DNA of 57,014 bases, counting the filler, from Sphacelaria rigidula (lineage: Eukaryota): NCBI GenBank assembly GCA_964200075.2. It is 7 parts of 7 records of this genome, joined end to end, with 100 filler letters (N's around TTAATTAATTAA, not from the genome) between each part and the next. Parts side by side here need not be neighbours in the genome. Positions count along the whole stretch, not along the records: positions 1 to 8,060 come from CAXNAA020012457.1; positions 8,161 to 16,219 come from CAXNAA020012458.1; 5 more parts are not named here. One strand, 5' to 3'. Of this stretch, positions 1-11,508 are shown one piece after another. Every line of letters starts with the position of its first letter. Position 1 is the first letter of the stretch. The position numbers and the translations under genes are program-made. Under the pieces are notes generated by a model. That model had not been told where the DNA came from. It did no database searches and saw only the letters and a program-made list of their open reading frames with translations.

Positions 1-16
1 GATTCCCCCCCCCCCG

Positions 17-50
17 CATGCATGATCATGAGTACACCCCTCCCCCCTCG
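17..50 (+). repeat. End fragment of the dispersed repeat also present at 42730-43320 and 43760-44310
   Basis: catgcatgatcatgagtacacccc(t)ccc matches about 43283-43318 almost exactly and about 44279-44306 more loosely. Confidence 0.7.
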
Positions 51-1099
51 GGCAGGGGGAGCAGGGGGGGGGGGGGGGTGTTCCTGGGGCAATTGCTGCG
101 AGCCCCCTACCACGCTGTGTTTGACGTGTGTAACTATAAGTATTGTTCGAAAGCACAGAATGTACGACAACGCTCTGGTCGGAGTCAGACTGTCTGGAAC
201 AGCCTTCTTCCTACCTACATGGGCGATACCAAAAGCTCTGCCCAGGAGAGACAGAAACTGTGGATAACCAATGTCGCACGGTGCGGGCGGTCGCAAGAGT
301 AAACATGACCCGTTTTACCTTTTCGTCCACGACTAGATTACTCGTCTGAACCGTCACAACGTCAACAATATGTGGCTTGCGCGAGCAGCTACTCGTTCTC
401 GCCGTACACTGAGTCACACAAATAACGTCGCGATGCTGGTATAGTCGCCAAGGCTGTAAACATCAATACATTGTCAAAGCAGCCGCCAAACGCCTTTTCA
501 ACGACCGTCCCCCAGATTCAGGGGTCCGAATTTGGGAAACTCTTGGGCTGACATCACGTCAAGTTCTCATAACAGAAAAAAAAAGTGTGATCTGGAATGT
601 GATGGTCGAAGCGGATTCATAAAATTGAGGAAGGTGATGTCACATTTGGGTCGTCGGGCGAACCGGAACTTTCGTATCACACTCAGACCACCTGCCACAA
701 GGTTCGGCCCTACACTACAAACAAATGGAATGACATGATTTCATGACACACGTTCGTCCTCGTTTGAGTCCAGTACTCTTCCGACATTGTTCAACTTTTG
801 AAAATGGTATTCACTCAATCGAAATAATTTTTGCAGACGCTCTTGTCACCGTCAGGGCGTGTCTTAGCGAATTATTCTTCGATCGCAAATGTGCAGTGGA
901 AACGGAAAACTGCGTTCTGATAGGTTGTGATTTCAACTATAGTAGTTTATTTCGAAGATGGTTGAAATCACGACCTATCAGATCGGGACATTTGTTTTCC
1001 ACGGCGCTTTTTTTTATCGAACACTGATGTGCTAAGACACGACTTGGGCCGCTCCTTACAACAGACAAGAATAAAAATCTGGAAAAGTGCCTCTTTGGA

Positions 1100-1630
1100 G
1101 CTTGTACGTCGTTTCAGGTCCCAGAAAAAGAGCTTGGCGGGGTTTGACACCTTGGAATGACTTGCTCTACTAGTTAGGGCGGTTCCAGAACATCTCCCCG
1201 TTTTCCGGTGGCAGCAGTTTTCATTTTGGCCAAACAAGAATTTTTGTCCAAGAACGGTAAAAAACAGTCAAATGTAGGGAAAATCGCCACTTTTCTCTGG
1301 ACTTGACTGTTTTTTACCGTTCTTGGACAAAAAATCTTGTTTGGCCAAAATAAAAACTGCGACCACCGGAAAATGGAAAGATGTCCTGGAACCGCCTCAA
1401 CTAGTAGAGCAAGTCATTCCAAGGTATGACTTTTCTCTGGACTTGACTGTTTTTTACCGTTCTTGGACAAAAATTCTTGTTTGGCCAAAATAAAAACTGC
1501 GACCACCGGACAATGGAAAGATGTCCTGGAACCGCCTCAACTGGTAGAGCAAGTCATTCCAAGGTATCAAACTCCGCCTAGCTTTCTCTTGGAGCGTAAA
1601 ACGACGGAAAAGCTCCAAAAAGGCGTTTTT
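1100..1630. repeat. Foldback (inverted-repeat) module with a recent 140-bp tandem duplication of its right arm
   Basis: About 1130-1270 is the reverse complement of about 1303-1427 (ttggccaaacaagaatttttgtccaagaacggtaa / ttaccgttcttggacaaaaaatcttgtttggccaa). 1289-1428 is repeated nearly exactly from 1429. A homologous foldback lies at about 9640-9960. Confidence 0.85.
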
Positions 1631-2380
1631 CGAGTTTATTATTTGCGTCTGGTTCAAGGAGCGGCCTTAGCACTTTCTTGGCGATAAAAAAAGTGCGGTC
1701 GATTTGTTTTTGCCCATCTCATAGGTCCACCGCATTCATGTTCCTTGAATGCGTCAACTCGAAATTATCATTTATCTGCACGCGGGGAAGAATGGATCGA
1801 GGTAAAAAACAACCGTTTTCGATCGAGAACATGCGGTCGAAAGGAACGAAGCGGCACTTGACTCCTATCTTACAGATCACCACGCCAGATAACACCTGTT
1901 CACAGGACCATGCAAACTCCATGCAACTCATTCACAGCTACCACCGCAAACCTGCAGCATAGAGCACGAGGTGAGCCCAGGGATAGATACACTGCAGTAG
2001 TCGGGTGTGCTTTGTTTATTTCTTGTTGGCGAGAACTTGCGCATCTTCTCTCATGGTAGGAATCAGCGACGGAACTGCGTGGAACGGTGGGCAATCGAGT
2101 CATGGTTACGCCGGGGAACTTGTTTTTTTTTATTATGGTCTTTTAAACGCCTCCGCGAAAAACGGTGAAAAACGATGGATGATGGCAAATATCCTGATTT
2201 CACAAGGATGGTCCGCACCAGCTGTGCATGTAACAGTGGCCCAGACAGCATCGCCCAGGCGGAGGGAGCATGCGCGTGGAGGATCGAGGTATGTTGATAT
2301 CTAGATCGGCAAAATCTCATGCAGATTTCAATGACAACAGGGCTCTGTGCCAGGAGTTAAGGCAGAAACCGTCCTGCCCA

Positions 2381-5300
2381 GGGTGAACACCACCTCCCCC
2401 TGTGAAACCTGACCTCCGGCGTTATGGGAGAGCACCGCGCTCGCGTAACACCACCGGCAGAGACACAGAGAACGGTTTGAGCATCTGCACAAAGCAGCAG
2501 TTCCAGAGCAAAAGGATTTACTGAAATCCATTCATGTAGCAGTTGAAATGAGTTGACTAAAGTTTGAAAAGTTTGAATTTTGCTCCGCACCAGCACATGG
2601 GTGCTACAGAGAGCCCCCTTTCCGTTGTACAAGCTGTTCATCCCAGTACAACAGTATAGCCCCGCGCAGTACAATACCATGCACCCCAGCGCGGCACAGA
2701 ACAGCACAACTGCGTGCAACGAAGTGCAGTGCAGCACAGAGTATTGCACAGTCTGTGTAGTATGAACTGCGCCGGCTGGCAGAAGAAACACTGTGTACAG
2801 CACTACTGTAGTACGTAGATGGCGGTCGTGATCATGCATCAAATTCACGACGTTGAGATATGCGGCCGTGGGTAATGTGTAATTGGGGGGGTTGTGCGCT
2901 CAATGGAGAAAGGTAACACACGCGCCTGGTGCCTTTCAAGGCGCAACAATCGCACGTTGGAAACGTGTACCCGGGTTCCAACGACCACCAACGTGGAGGA
3001 AGATCAACGGCGTCTTATTTTCTCTCCCAATCCAGCATAAATGCCGAAATACATTTTTTTTCTGCTCGACGAGGTGCAAAACGGCGAATGCTTCACTTTC
3101 AAATTCTTATTTTGCACAGGCATAGGAGTAGCGGGCATCCAAGGTACCCCCCTACTCTTGATCCTCTGCCAAAAGGGACTGCAGGATCAGTACTGTACCG
3201 TGCGCTAGCAGTAAGTAAGCAGTACGTCAACCATTCTTGTTCCTACAGACAAAATCGGAACAAAATACAGTGCGGTATTGTAGAAGTTTGGTACAGGTTG
3301 TCATTATCCATGGGGTATCCCAGTAGAGATCAGTGGTGTCTGCCAGTTCAAGAGAGGCAGCAGCTTCGCTGGGGGGCCGATGTATCCATAGCCGTTGTGG
3401 AGGCAGGTTCTCATCATTCTGAGGTGCAGTTTATTGTTGCAGATTTTTACCTACCGACCCCCTTGCACTTTCCGACTTGTTATTCTTATTTTCCCCTTGA
3501 GTTCAGCACGGATACCTATCAGTATATTCTTAAATTCACAAAAATAAAAAAAAAAAGCTGGCCTGAGATTATTACCTACGAAATTTCTAACATCGGTCGC
3601 TCCTGTAATCGTACATAAATTTCGAGTTGGGAAGTTGGACGTTACAACAATACAATACGATGATCGGATGCGGCGACCATGACAGATGATGCAGCAAGGA
3701 AAACTCCGTTGTCGGTGGACCTCGCAGCACGAGAACCGCAATGTTGGAGGCACCTGGAATCAAAAGGATTCATGTGCAATCCTACCTCACCCACCCCCCG
3801 GTTCATTCGATGACCGTAGATGCGGACGATCCCCAAGACTCACACTTGGGATGCTACGTCTGGAGCACTTCTCAGACGCCAGTCGGGACAGTTCGAACGT
3901 GAGATACGGTACCGCAATCGATCTCGAGGTAAAAGCACCACAACGCACTTGATGCAGTAATATCGCGGGAAGAACAAGTGGTAGAGATCGCGGGCACCTG
4001 GCTACATTCCACTTGTTCCCGCTGATGATTGTGGGTCTTGAACGGAATTGAGTATGCCTACATTTCGGAATGACATCCTGTCCCATGAACCCGCGACTCC
4101 TACGCTCGAATAAAAACAGGCCCACACGGCAAACACATTGTGCACATCTCTCGTTATTCCGTATCCTCCGGACAGGTTGTGAAGTGCCTGCACCATTCCC
4201 AGCGCCATCCCGTCACACATTTGCCACATCCGCGGTTGACAGCGGATCTCGACCGGCACACTCCGAACGTACAGCGCCGGTGGGAAATCTGAGGGACATC
4301 GCCGGGGGTAACGCCGGCGAAGTGGGCGCAGTGCGAGAGCGGCTTAGCCCCCCATCATACGGAAACGAGACGGCGACTGAACTGTTCTCTGCCTCGGAGG
4401 CGTCAATAGCCTCTACCGATGGCGAATCTGTAGAAAATCAGGGGTCGGCGGAAGGATGCAACAACCGTCGGAGTGCAAAGCGTATCAATTTTGAATGTCA
4501 ATCGGGCGGGGAAGGCGCGACTTGTGGAATGTCGACTGCTTCGGCGTCCGAAAACAACACACGGGAGGTATCGTCGTAGAATCCGCCGGCGGTACCTTTC
4601 AAGGACGTGGGTAATAGCCCCCTTAAAGCTGGGACAGCTGCCGGCGGTAGGCTTGTCGAGGTGCAGAAAACGATTCCGTCTTCCAAGGCGAAAAAAAGAT
4701 GTACCCCGCCCAAGCCTGGCAGAGGCACACCCCCGCATGCTCACGAACGAAGATGAGACGAAAGACGACGGCGAAAAATCACCCGGAGGTTGATAGCGCA
4801 TGGGGAGCATGGGATGAACAACAGAAGGCTGCATTGCAGCACAGAAATAGGGTGAAGGAAAATCAACTCGTGGTACAACACTCTCCCGGTGAAACACCAA
4901 CATCTGCATCCCCCGACAAAGCAGAACGAGGTCCGATTCCAGGGTCACCGGGAGGGTATTCCACTCCATCGGGACCAAATAGTAAGCGACAAGGCTCACC
5001 GCGCTCGTCGACACCAACAACTTCGGGCGCATCAGCGTCAAAACCGAAGAAGAGTGAGAGGAAGAAAAAGAAGAAGGCTACCGTCGTTGCCACCCCCGGG
5101 GTCGACGCAGGGACGACTGAAGGTGTCAACACTTCATCTGGGGCGGGTTCGGGACAAGAGGAAGTAGCGCCTGGGCCAATGAACGGGGCTGCCGACACCG
5201 GTCACCACAACCCGAAGCTGATCGTGATGAACGTAGCGCGCGCGGTGCAACAGCGAGGATGCCAACGCGTCGCCGTAGTTCTCGAGGTTCCCCCCGGAAA

Positions 5301-6500
5301 TCGTCATCGCGGCAGGAGGGATATTTCCGCGCCGGTGAGATCTAACCCGGTTATTTGTAAAAGGGGGCATGGAAGACCTAAGCGGGGATGTGGTCGCGAT
5401 GTGTGTGGCATGCAGGTCCCATTCGTCAATGGCGCATGCAAGGATTGTTGTCCTTGCGGTCGGATACACGATCCGGTATCGCGGCTGTGCTTCGCGTGCC
5501 ATCGACCAGGTCCCGGCGAAGGCAACATCTGGCATCATCTAGGCGCGGCACGAGTACCTGAGGCTCGGCTTTATCTGGGTTATGTGCAGATGATGATGTA
5601 CGCCCGGCTACGCTTCTGCAGAACTATCAGCCCAGTTCAGAATGCTCATGCAGTCGGCCTGATTATTTGCGGCGCTCCCTTGAGCGACACAAGGTTAGGA
5701 GTGATAGACGGAAGGCAAACTCCGTCCGTCCGCCTTGCTCCACACCTCCGACCGTTGGCTCAACCCCCCCCCCCCTATCCCAGCTGAGCCGGAGTTCATT
5801 GCAGAAGCACGCCGTAAAGTAAATCAGATTCCGAGTGCAGCGGGTTGGAGGGAGAGGATTCGGTATCGGAAGCGGGGAAACACCATGACGATGAATTCGC
5901 GTTTTGATCTAGCCTGTAGAGAAAGTTGAAGACATGTATCGTGTAGGTGAATTGCGCAGGTATGTATGTGACCGTGGCTGTTGTTGTCTCCTCCTCGAGG
6001 TATTGAGAGCCCGTTCCTTGCGTTGATAGGAAAGGTGTCTTGTGCTTGGTGTGGTGCGCCCTTGGGTGCACATCAATACGGCGAGTAATTCGGCGATGCC
6101 TTTGGGCGAATCGCCGGTTGAACGTGAAGACAAGCATTGATAGTAATCAAACGATTCAGAAAATATAACTCAGGCGGAAGACATGGGCTTGCACTTCACG
6201 TCTTTGAGTACTGTGCGACCCGGCCACCGCACGCGCATCGACTCCAGGAGTTAGGCTGTGTCCAACGTGGGTCTGCACAGCGGGCGAGCCGCCAGACATC
6301 GTTGGTAACACCGATCGCAGTCGACAATCAAAATTGGGGATGCAGTTTTTCAACGAGGATGACTACCCGGAATGTTGAAATGTTGTCATCTACACCAATT
6401 ATTCGACCCCTCGTTGCATTCGTTCACGTACTGGTAGTCATTGGCGACAACTGCATGCCAAACCGTTGTGGATGCGGAGAAGTTAAACTTTGAGGTCCAA
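2381..6500 (+). mobile_element. Degenerate large DNA-transposon-like element, copy 1 (AcademX-like); right end not defined
   Basis: Collinear homology to 32909-35130 in blocks 2381-2590, about 2790-2830 and about 3800-4640. It contains a Cys/His cluster and an Academ-transposase-like segment. Confidence 0.6.
4160..6493 (+). pseudogene. Frameshifted ORF remnants of the element protein: N-terminal region, Cys/His cluster, start of a putative Academ-type transposase
   Basis: LSPPSYGNETATELFSASEASI aligns with LSPPSYSEDPTTALFSPSEASI (about 34815) with many synonymous changes. CKDCCPCGRIHDPVSRLCFACH lies at about 5437-5502. GLALHVFEYCATR...LQELGCV...PIAVDNQNW at 6186-6337 resembles, from memory, the Academ helix plus DN-x-D/N motif. 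Confidence 0.5.
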
Positions 6501-7300
6501 GGTGAAAAGGCGATGTTGGGGAATGTAGGCGATCCTTATGTATCACGTACGTTATATATACATATATCTACATCTAGGGGCCCCGAATTTCGGTAAATTA
6601 AACCAATGATTGTACGGCGTGCAGTGTTTACCGATGGCTACCGGTGGGTGGAGGGATGCAACAATATTTCGAACTATTTGTGTGGATTCGATTGTTTCAG
6701 CTTTCCGGTTAGCATCCTCAATAAATAGCTCTACCGTCAATTTTGATTACCTAATGTTCAATGTGCTGAACGCTAGAGAAACGACGTCGGATGATGCTTT
6801 TCCTCCCTTTCTACGCGCTACGTTTTCACCGACATTCCGCCTGCACCACACCGGACAGTCGATGTGACCACTTATTCTTCAAAGCAAACACCGACACCAT
6901 TTCAGCGGTACCACTCTTTTGATTCCGAACGCTCACGGTCTCGCGGACGACACAGCGAGTTGGCTGGATGTGACCGTGCGTTACACGTTGCACGGCCATC
7001 CCGCAAGCACGCTTCATGCGCCATCCCAGAGACAACGGCATGCACATATGTGTAACGTAGCTCCTACTGGCGGGTAATGTTGGTTATTGCATGCATGTTT
7101 GCGGGAAAATATGTCCCCAAGATATATACGTGGAGTGGTGCTACGGTATAGGGGCGCACAAGGATGTTCCGAGCGTCGAATTATTACGTGCCCTCTATCT
7201 CATCCAAACTACGAGTGATAATAAGGCTTTCGCGACTTTGAAAGTCTAGCGTTGATTAGGATTTCGTTCATGTTTCACACCAAATTGTCCATTTTTTGTC

Positions 7301-7753
7301 ATTAACACGGGATTTTACAAATTGGGGATGGATTTTTATTGAGGATGAGAAACCCGGAGAATGAAAATCTTCGTATCCACACCAAAACTTCGAAATATGG
7401 TTATATTTCTTCACTTTCTGGTAGCCATTGACAGCTGGTACACGACAGGCAAATTTGGGTTTCGATAACCCATATGTCGGGGTCCTATTATAGGTGAAAA
7501 TCCAATTTGGGGGAATTTCGGCGATCTGATCGTATCATCTCAATTCCCCAAAATGGTTTCTTCACCCATGACTCGAACATGTCGATTATTAGGATCCAAA
7601 TCTGTATTAGGTGTAGTGGTTGTCAATAGCTACCAGTAGGTGATGGAGTGGAACACTATTTCGGAGATTTGGTGTGGATACGAAGATTCTAGTTCTCCGA
7701 GTTCTTATCCTAAACAAAAAATCCACCCCCACTTTGTAAAATCCCATGTTCAT
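7301..7753. mobile_element. Fully palindromic MITE-like foldback element (about 450 bp)
   Basis: The left end aacacgggattttacaaa...aatcttcgtatccacaccaaa pairs with the right end tttggtgtggatacgaagatt...tttgtaaaatcccatgtt. Pairing continues to the centre (ttgggggaatt/aattccccaa). Related fragments lie at 27884-27990 and 40640-40696. Confidence 0.8.
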
Positions 7754-8060
7754 TCTGTGTGTGTATGTGTGTGCGTTTTCAAGTCAATTCATCATTGACA
7801 TGCATCAAAGGCTTCATGGCAACCTGCTACAGAAAGCGTTTTGGTCCTCATATAAGGCCCGGCAGAGCATTTAGGAATCGAAATCATTCCGTTTCTCCGT
7901 CGACCGTGTCTCACTTTCAGTCGTATCTCAGAGTATCATCACCATCATCCTCGCGAAAACATATTGCATCATGTAATTTATGTGAGGAGTCATCCTACGA
8001 TAGGGGGGGGGGTATTTGGTTGCACGAAAAAAGAGGCTCATAAGTGTATCAGACATCCTT

Positions 8061-8160
8061 NNNNNNNNNNNNNNNNNNNNNNNNNNNNNNNNNNNNNNNN
8101 NNNNTTAATTAATTAANNNNNNNNNNNNNNNNNNNNNNNNNNNNNNNNNNNNNNNNNNNN
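8061..8160. other. Artificial contig linker
   Basis: 100 nt of N with TTAATTAATTAA (stops in all six frames). Confidence 0.97.
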
Positions 8161-8174
8161 GTGTTACTATTTCG

Positions 8175-8252
8175 TATCTTCCCTGCGATAGAGAAATGGG
8201 ACTTCAACCTCATTTTTTGTTTCAACCCCAAAATTCAAAATCGGCTATTTAA
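8175..8252 (-). repeat. MITE-like terminal fragment, inverted copy of about 32462-32537
   Basis: The reverse complement aatagccgattttgaattttggggttgaaacaaaaaatgaggttgaagtcccatttctc matches aacagccgattttaaattttggggttcaaacaaaatatggggttgaagtggcatttctc. Confidence 0.75.
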
Positions 8253-8338
8253 TGCGATTGTTCGTGTAGTCTTTCTCTATCGTCCCCGTGAAGCCGTTCA
8301 GAGTTTTCGTGAACTGTCATCTGTATTTCGCCACTGTA

Positions 8339-8620
8339 GTCGTCCCCGTTGCTTAGTTGGTAACTTCGAAACCTGCTGACGGTTGGGCCGTGGGTTCAGT
8401 TCTCGGAGCGATCTGGGATTTGTTTTCATGCCCAACAGTGGAGAGCAATTATGTCGTGGGTACACAAACCTCGACGTAGCGGTCAACGATGGAAAGGGAC
8501 TGCTGAACCCCTGTCGCGATAAAAAATAAAGGCAAGCACCGCAGAAGGAAGGTGGGGTACTAAAAAAAGCTCCTGTGTTGACCTTCCCCCTGTGTGACCC
8601 CACCTGGTGCGCACACATGA
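8339..8620 (+). mobile_element. tRNA-derived SINE-like element, family 2 (degenerate copy; 3' end approximate)
   Basis: The head gtcgtccccgttgcttagttggtaac...ctgacggttg...ggttcagttctcggagcgatctgggat is homologous to 48774-48855. The body motif gactgctgaacccctgtcgcga resembles the family 1 body. Confidence 0.6.
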
Positions 8621-8717
8621 ATATATACCGAAAGGGGTAGACCGACGTTCAGAATAGATGGGACGACAACACTGTTGTAGTTACGTAGGTCCCACCACAG
8701 GGGTGATGATAATACCG

Positions 8718-9246
8718 AGTTCATGTTCTGTAGGGTAGGGATTTTTTCTGTATACCCGGGGAATTTCGCCGGGTATTTACCATACCCGACAGTTCTGTAA
8801 ACTCTGTAAGATTTCCATACCGGTATCCGACAGTTCTGTAATCTCTGTGAGACTGTCATACACTTACCAGATAATTCTGTAATATCTGTATGCCTTCCGT
8901 ACCGTTACCGGGGGGCACGGGTATGCTCTTGATAAGGTCCCCGGTTGAGGGTACGGTTTTATGTGCAACCTCCATACCCTACCCGACAGTTTCTGTGAGT
9001 TCTAGCTGTAAGGCTCCCATACCCCTACCCGACAGTTGTGTAAGTTCTGTACAAAACTTTTACCCTAACTCGAGGGGCGGGTATGCCCTAGAAGAGTTAC
9101 CCGATTTATTTTCTGTAAGCCATACAGTACCCGACAAGCTCTGTAATTTCTGCAAGAGTTTGATACCGGTACCCAACAGTTCTGTAAGTTTTGTAAGGAA
9201 TCTCATACCCCACGGAACGTATACCCGCACCTTACAGAACACAATC
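8718..9246. repeat. Element made of degenerate ~35-40 bp tandem units with short inverted ends
   Basis: Recurring taccc(gac)agttctgtaa units. The ends tgttctgtagggt and accttacagaaca are inverted repeats. Confidence 0.7.
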
Positions 9247-10010
9247 TTGCAGTTTTCTTGCCTTGACGTAAAATACACCCCAAATATACGTTTTGATACT
9301 AAAACCAAGTAGTTGAAAGTTCGAAAGTTCCAGCCTCATGCCATCGCACAAACGCGGAAAACTTCACGCTGTTTTTAGGAGTTAGACCCTGAAACTTTGC
9401 CCAAATATGCTGTGAGCCATTACGCAACATTTGATGGATGATCGTTCTTCTTCACTTCTAATACTTTCTTCTACGGTTTGTTCCGACGGGATCCAAGTTT
9501 TCCCTAAAACCCTGAGACCCCCGAAAAACGATGAAAACTCAAATCGGATAGACCCTTCGACCTTCAAAAGTTGCGCAGTGACCCATGGCAAAATTGTGCA
9601 AAATTTTAGATCAAGTCCTGTAAAAATGTTTTTCTCATCCTTCGTCGTTTCAAGCCCTGAAAGAGAGCTAAGCGATGTTTGATACCTTGGAAAGACTAGC
9701 TCTACTCGTTGAGACAGTTCCCGGACATCTTCGCGTTGTCCGGTGGCCGCAGTTTTCATCTGGCCGAGCTTGATTGTTTGTCCAAGAACGGTCAAATCTA
9801 GAAAAAAGTTGCCATTTCCTCTCTAGACTTGACCGTCTCTGGACAAAAATGCTTGTTCAACAAAAATGAAAACTGAGCCCAGCGGAAAACAAGTAGAGCA
9901 CGTCATTCCGAGGTGGCAAACTTCGCCAAGCTCTCTTTTTAGGGTGTAAAACGACGAAGAAGAATAAAAAGAAGCGTCTTTATGGAACTTCTTTTTGTTT
10001 GCTATAAGAA
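9247..10010. repeat. Composite repeat of two consecutive foldback modules
   Basis: 9247-9330 is the inverted homolog of about 19570-19660. 9357-9625 is homologous to the 18889-19154 hairpin. 9640-9960 is homologous to the 1100-1630 hairpin. Confidence 0.75.
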
Positions 10011-11508
10011 GCGGCCCAACTTCCATAAACGGGGTTAAGTTTCCCGGATGAGTGTTTTTTGGTTGATAGGCGTGAACCAGTCTGTACGAATTATTCATGA
10101 AGGTGCTCAGCTCCCCATTTGATTGATTTCGTGCTAACAAGACCGAAACTCTCACCACGATCACACTTGAGACCCGACCCGCCCTAAGATAATCGTCAGT
10201 CAAGGCCTGATTTTGCTTTCAGTACACACACGTATATATCAAGGAACGCGACCCCAATTGAAGGTCCCAGGATAATTCCTACATGATGACGCTGAACAGT
10301 AGAAACGGACCAACATCTCTCTTCCCCGACTGGGTCCCAGTGTACAATGGCAGAAGGAAAACAAACATCACAACAACAACAAATACATACCTTTTTCACC
10401 TCTTTTCGCGACACCGACGACCAGGCACTCCTCTCCTCCCAGATATGCCGGACATCGACGAGGAGCCTATGCGGGTACAGCCTTTGAGCAATGATACATG
10501 ACTCCTGGCTCGTGCTGTGGAATCTTCACCCCAGATGGTCTACAAAAGCAACGTAAATTGAGTGACGGTTATACACATCCCCCGTATTTTCTTTACAGCA
10601 GAAAAACAAGCCACATTTCTACTACTCGTGTGAGACTCGTACAGAGCGCTCGACGAGCACGAACTGCTATGAAAAATCGTATTTCCACACGTACATTAGC
10701 ACACATGCCACACGCGCTGCGGTGTCGTAAATAACCGCAAGAGATGCTCCACGCCTCATTACTCCACAGAACAGGGAAGATAGCTAAAAACACCTCGGCA
10801 CAAGGTACAACATCCTGAAAATTAAGACAAATCTCAACTTTCCTAACAAAGTTGCACCGCAGGCTAGTTAAGGAATAGGACTGGGTACATCGACATACAT
10901 CTTCATGCTCATAAAAGATGACACATCATATTAATGTGTCTTTCACTCAGTTTGCTTCATACACACGCACACACGACAGAAATCCAGGATGAGTGTCCCC
11001 ACAACCCCCCTGCTGCGCAGACCTGTGGTATTATCATACAAGGTGTGCGGGGTCAATTGCTTCAAAGGGTCAGACGGAGCATCTCTGGCCTGAATACTTA
11101 AACCTACGATTTCTGAGGCATTATTACTCGAAACAAAAAAAACAAGACCGTAGGTGAAGAAAGTCTACGCGCATTCTACGCTATTCCAGGTGCCCGGGGT
11201 GCCAGTATCTGAAAAGCAACGCTAAAAACAAAGCCCAAGGATTGATTTGTACGATAAAAATCAAAGGCACTAAAAGCAAGCAACTTTCAGACAAACCAAT
11301 ATTCGTCCGACTCTTTAGCTGTTATCTCACGAAGCAAGTTTCCCCACACAACACCAGCAGTTCAACGTACTCACGAGACCCTACATACCAACAAGAACTA
11401 ACAGCACTCAACGAACGAAACAGCACACAGGTAAGTACATCGCTGCGATAAAAGGCACATCATCGCTATATCCTGCAAAGCCCTCCTCCCCCATCCCGCA
11501 ACTAAAAA

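Noticed and set aside
3787-4259. Conserved minus-strand protein (LGDRPHLR / LGDLPHLR) in both element copies
   Set aside because: Substitutions in 3807-3950 vs 34288-34430 fall on all codon positions, so the similarity reflects DNA homology and does not identify a frame
8105-8116. Recurrent TTAATTAATTAA palindrome
   Set aside because: It is always centred in a 100-nt N run, so it is an artificial six-frame stop linker
8718-9246. CRISPR-like array
   Set aside because: The units are degenerate and contiguous without unique spacers, there are no cas genes, and the context is eukaryotic
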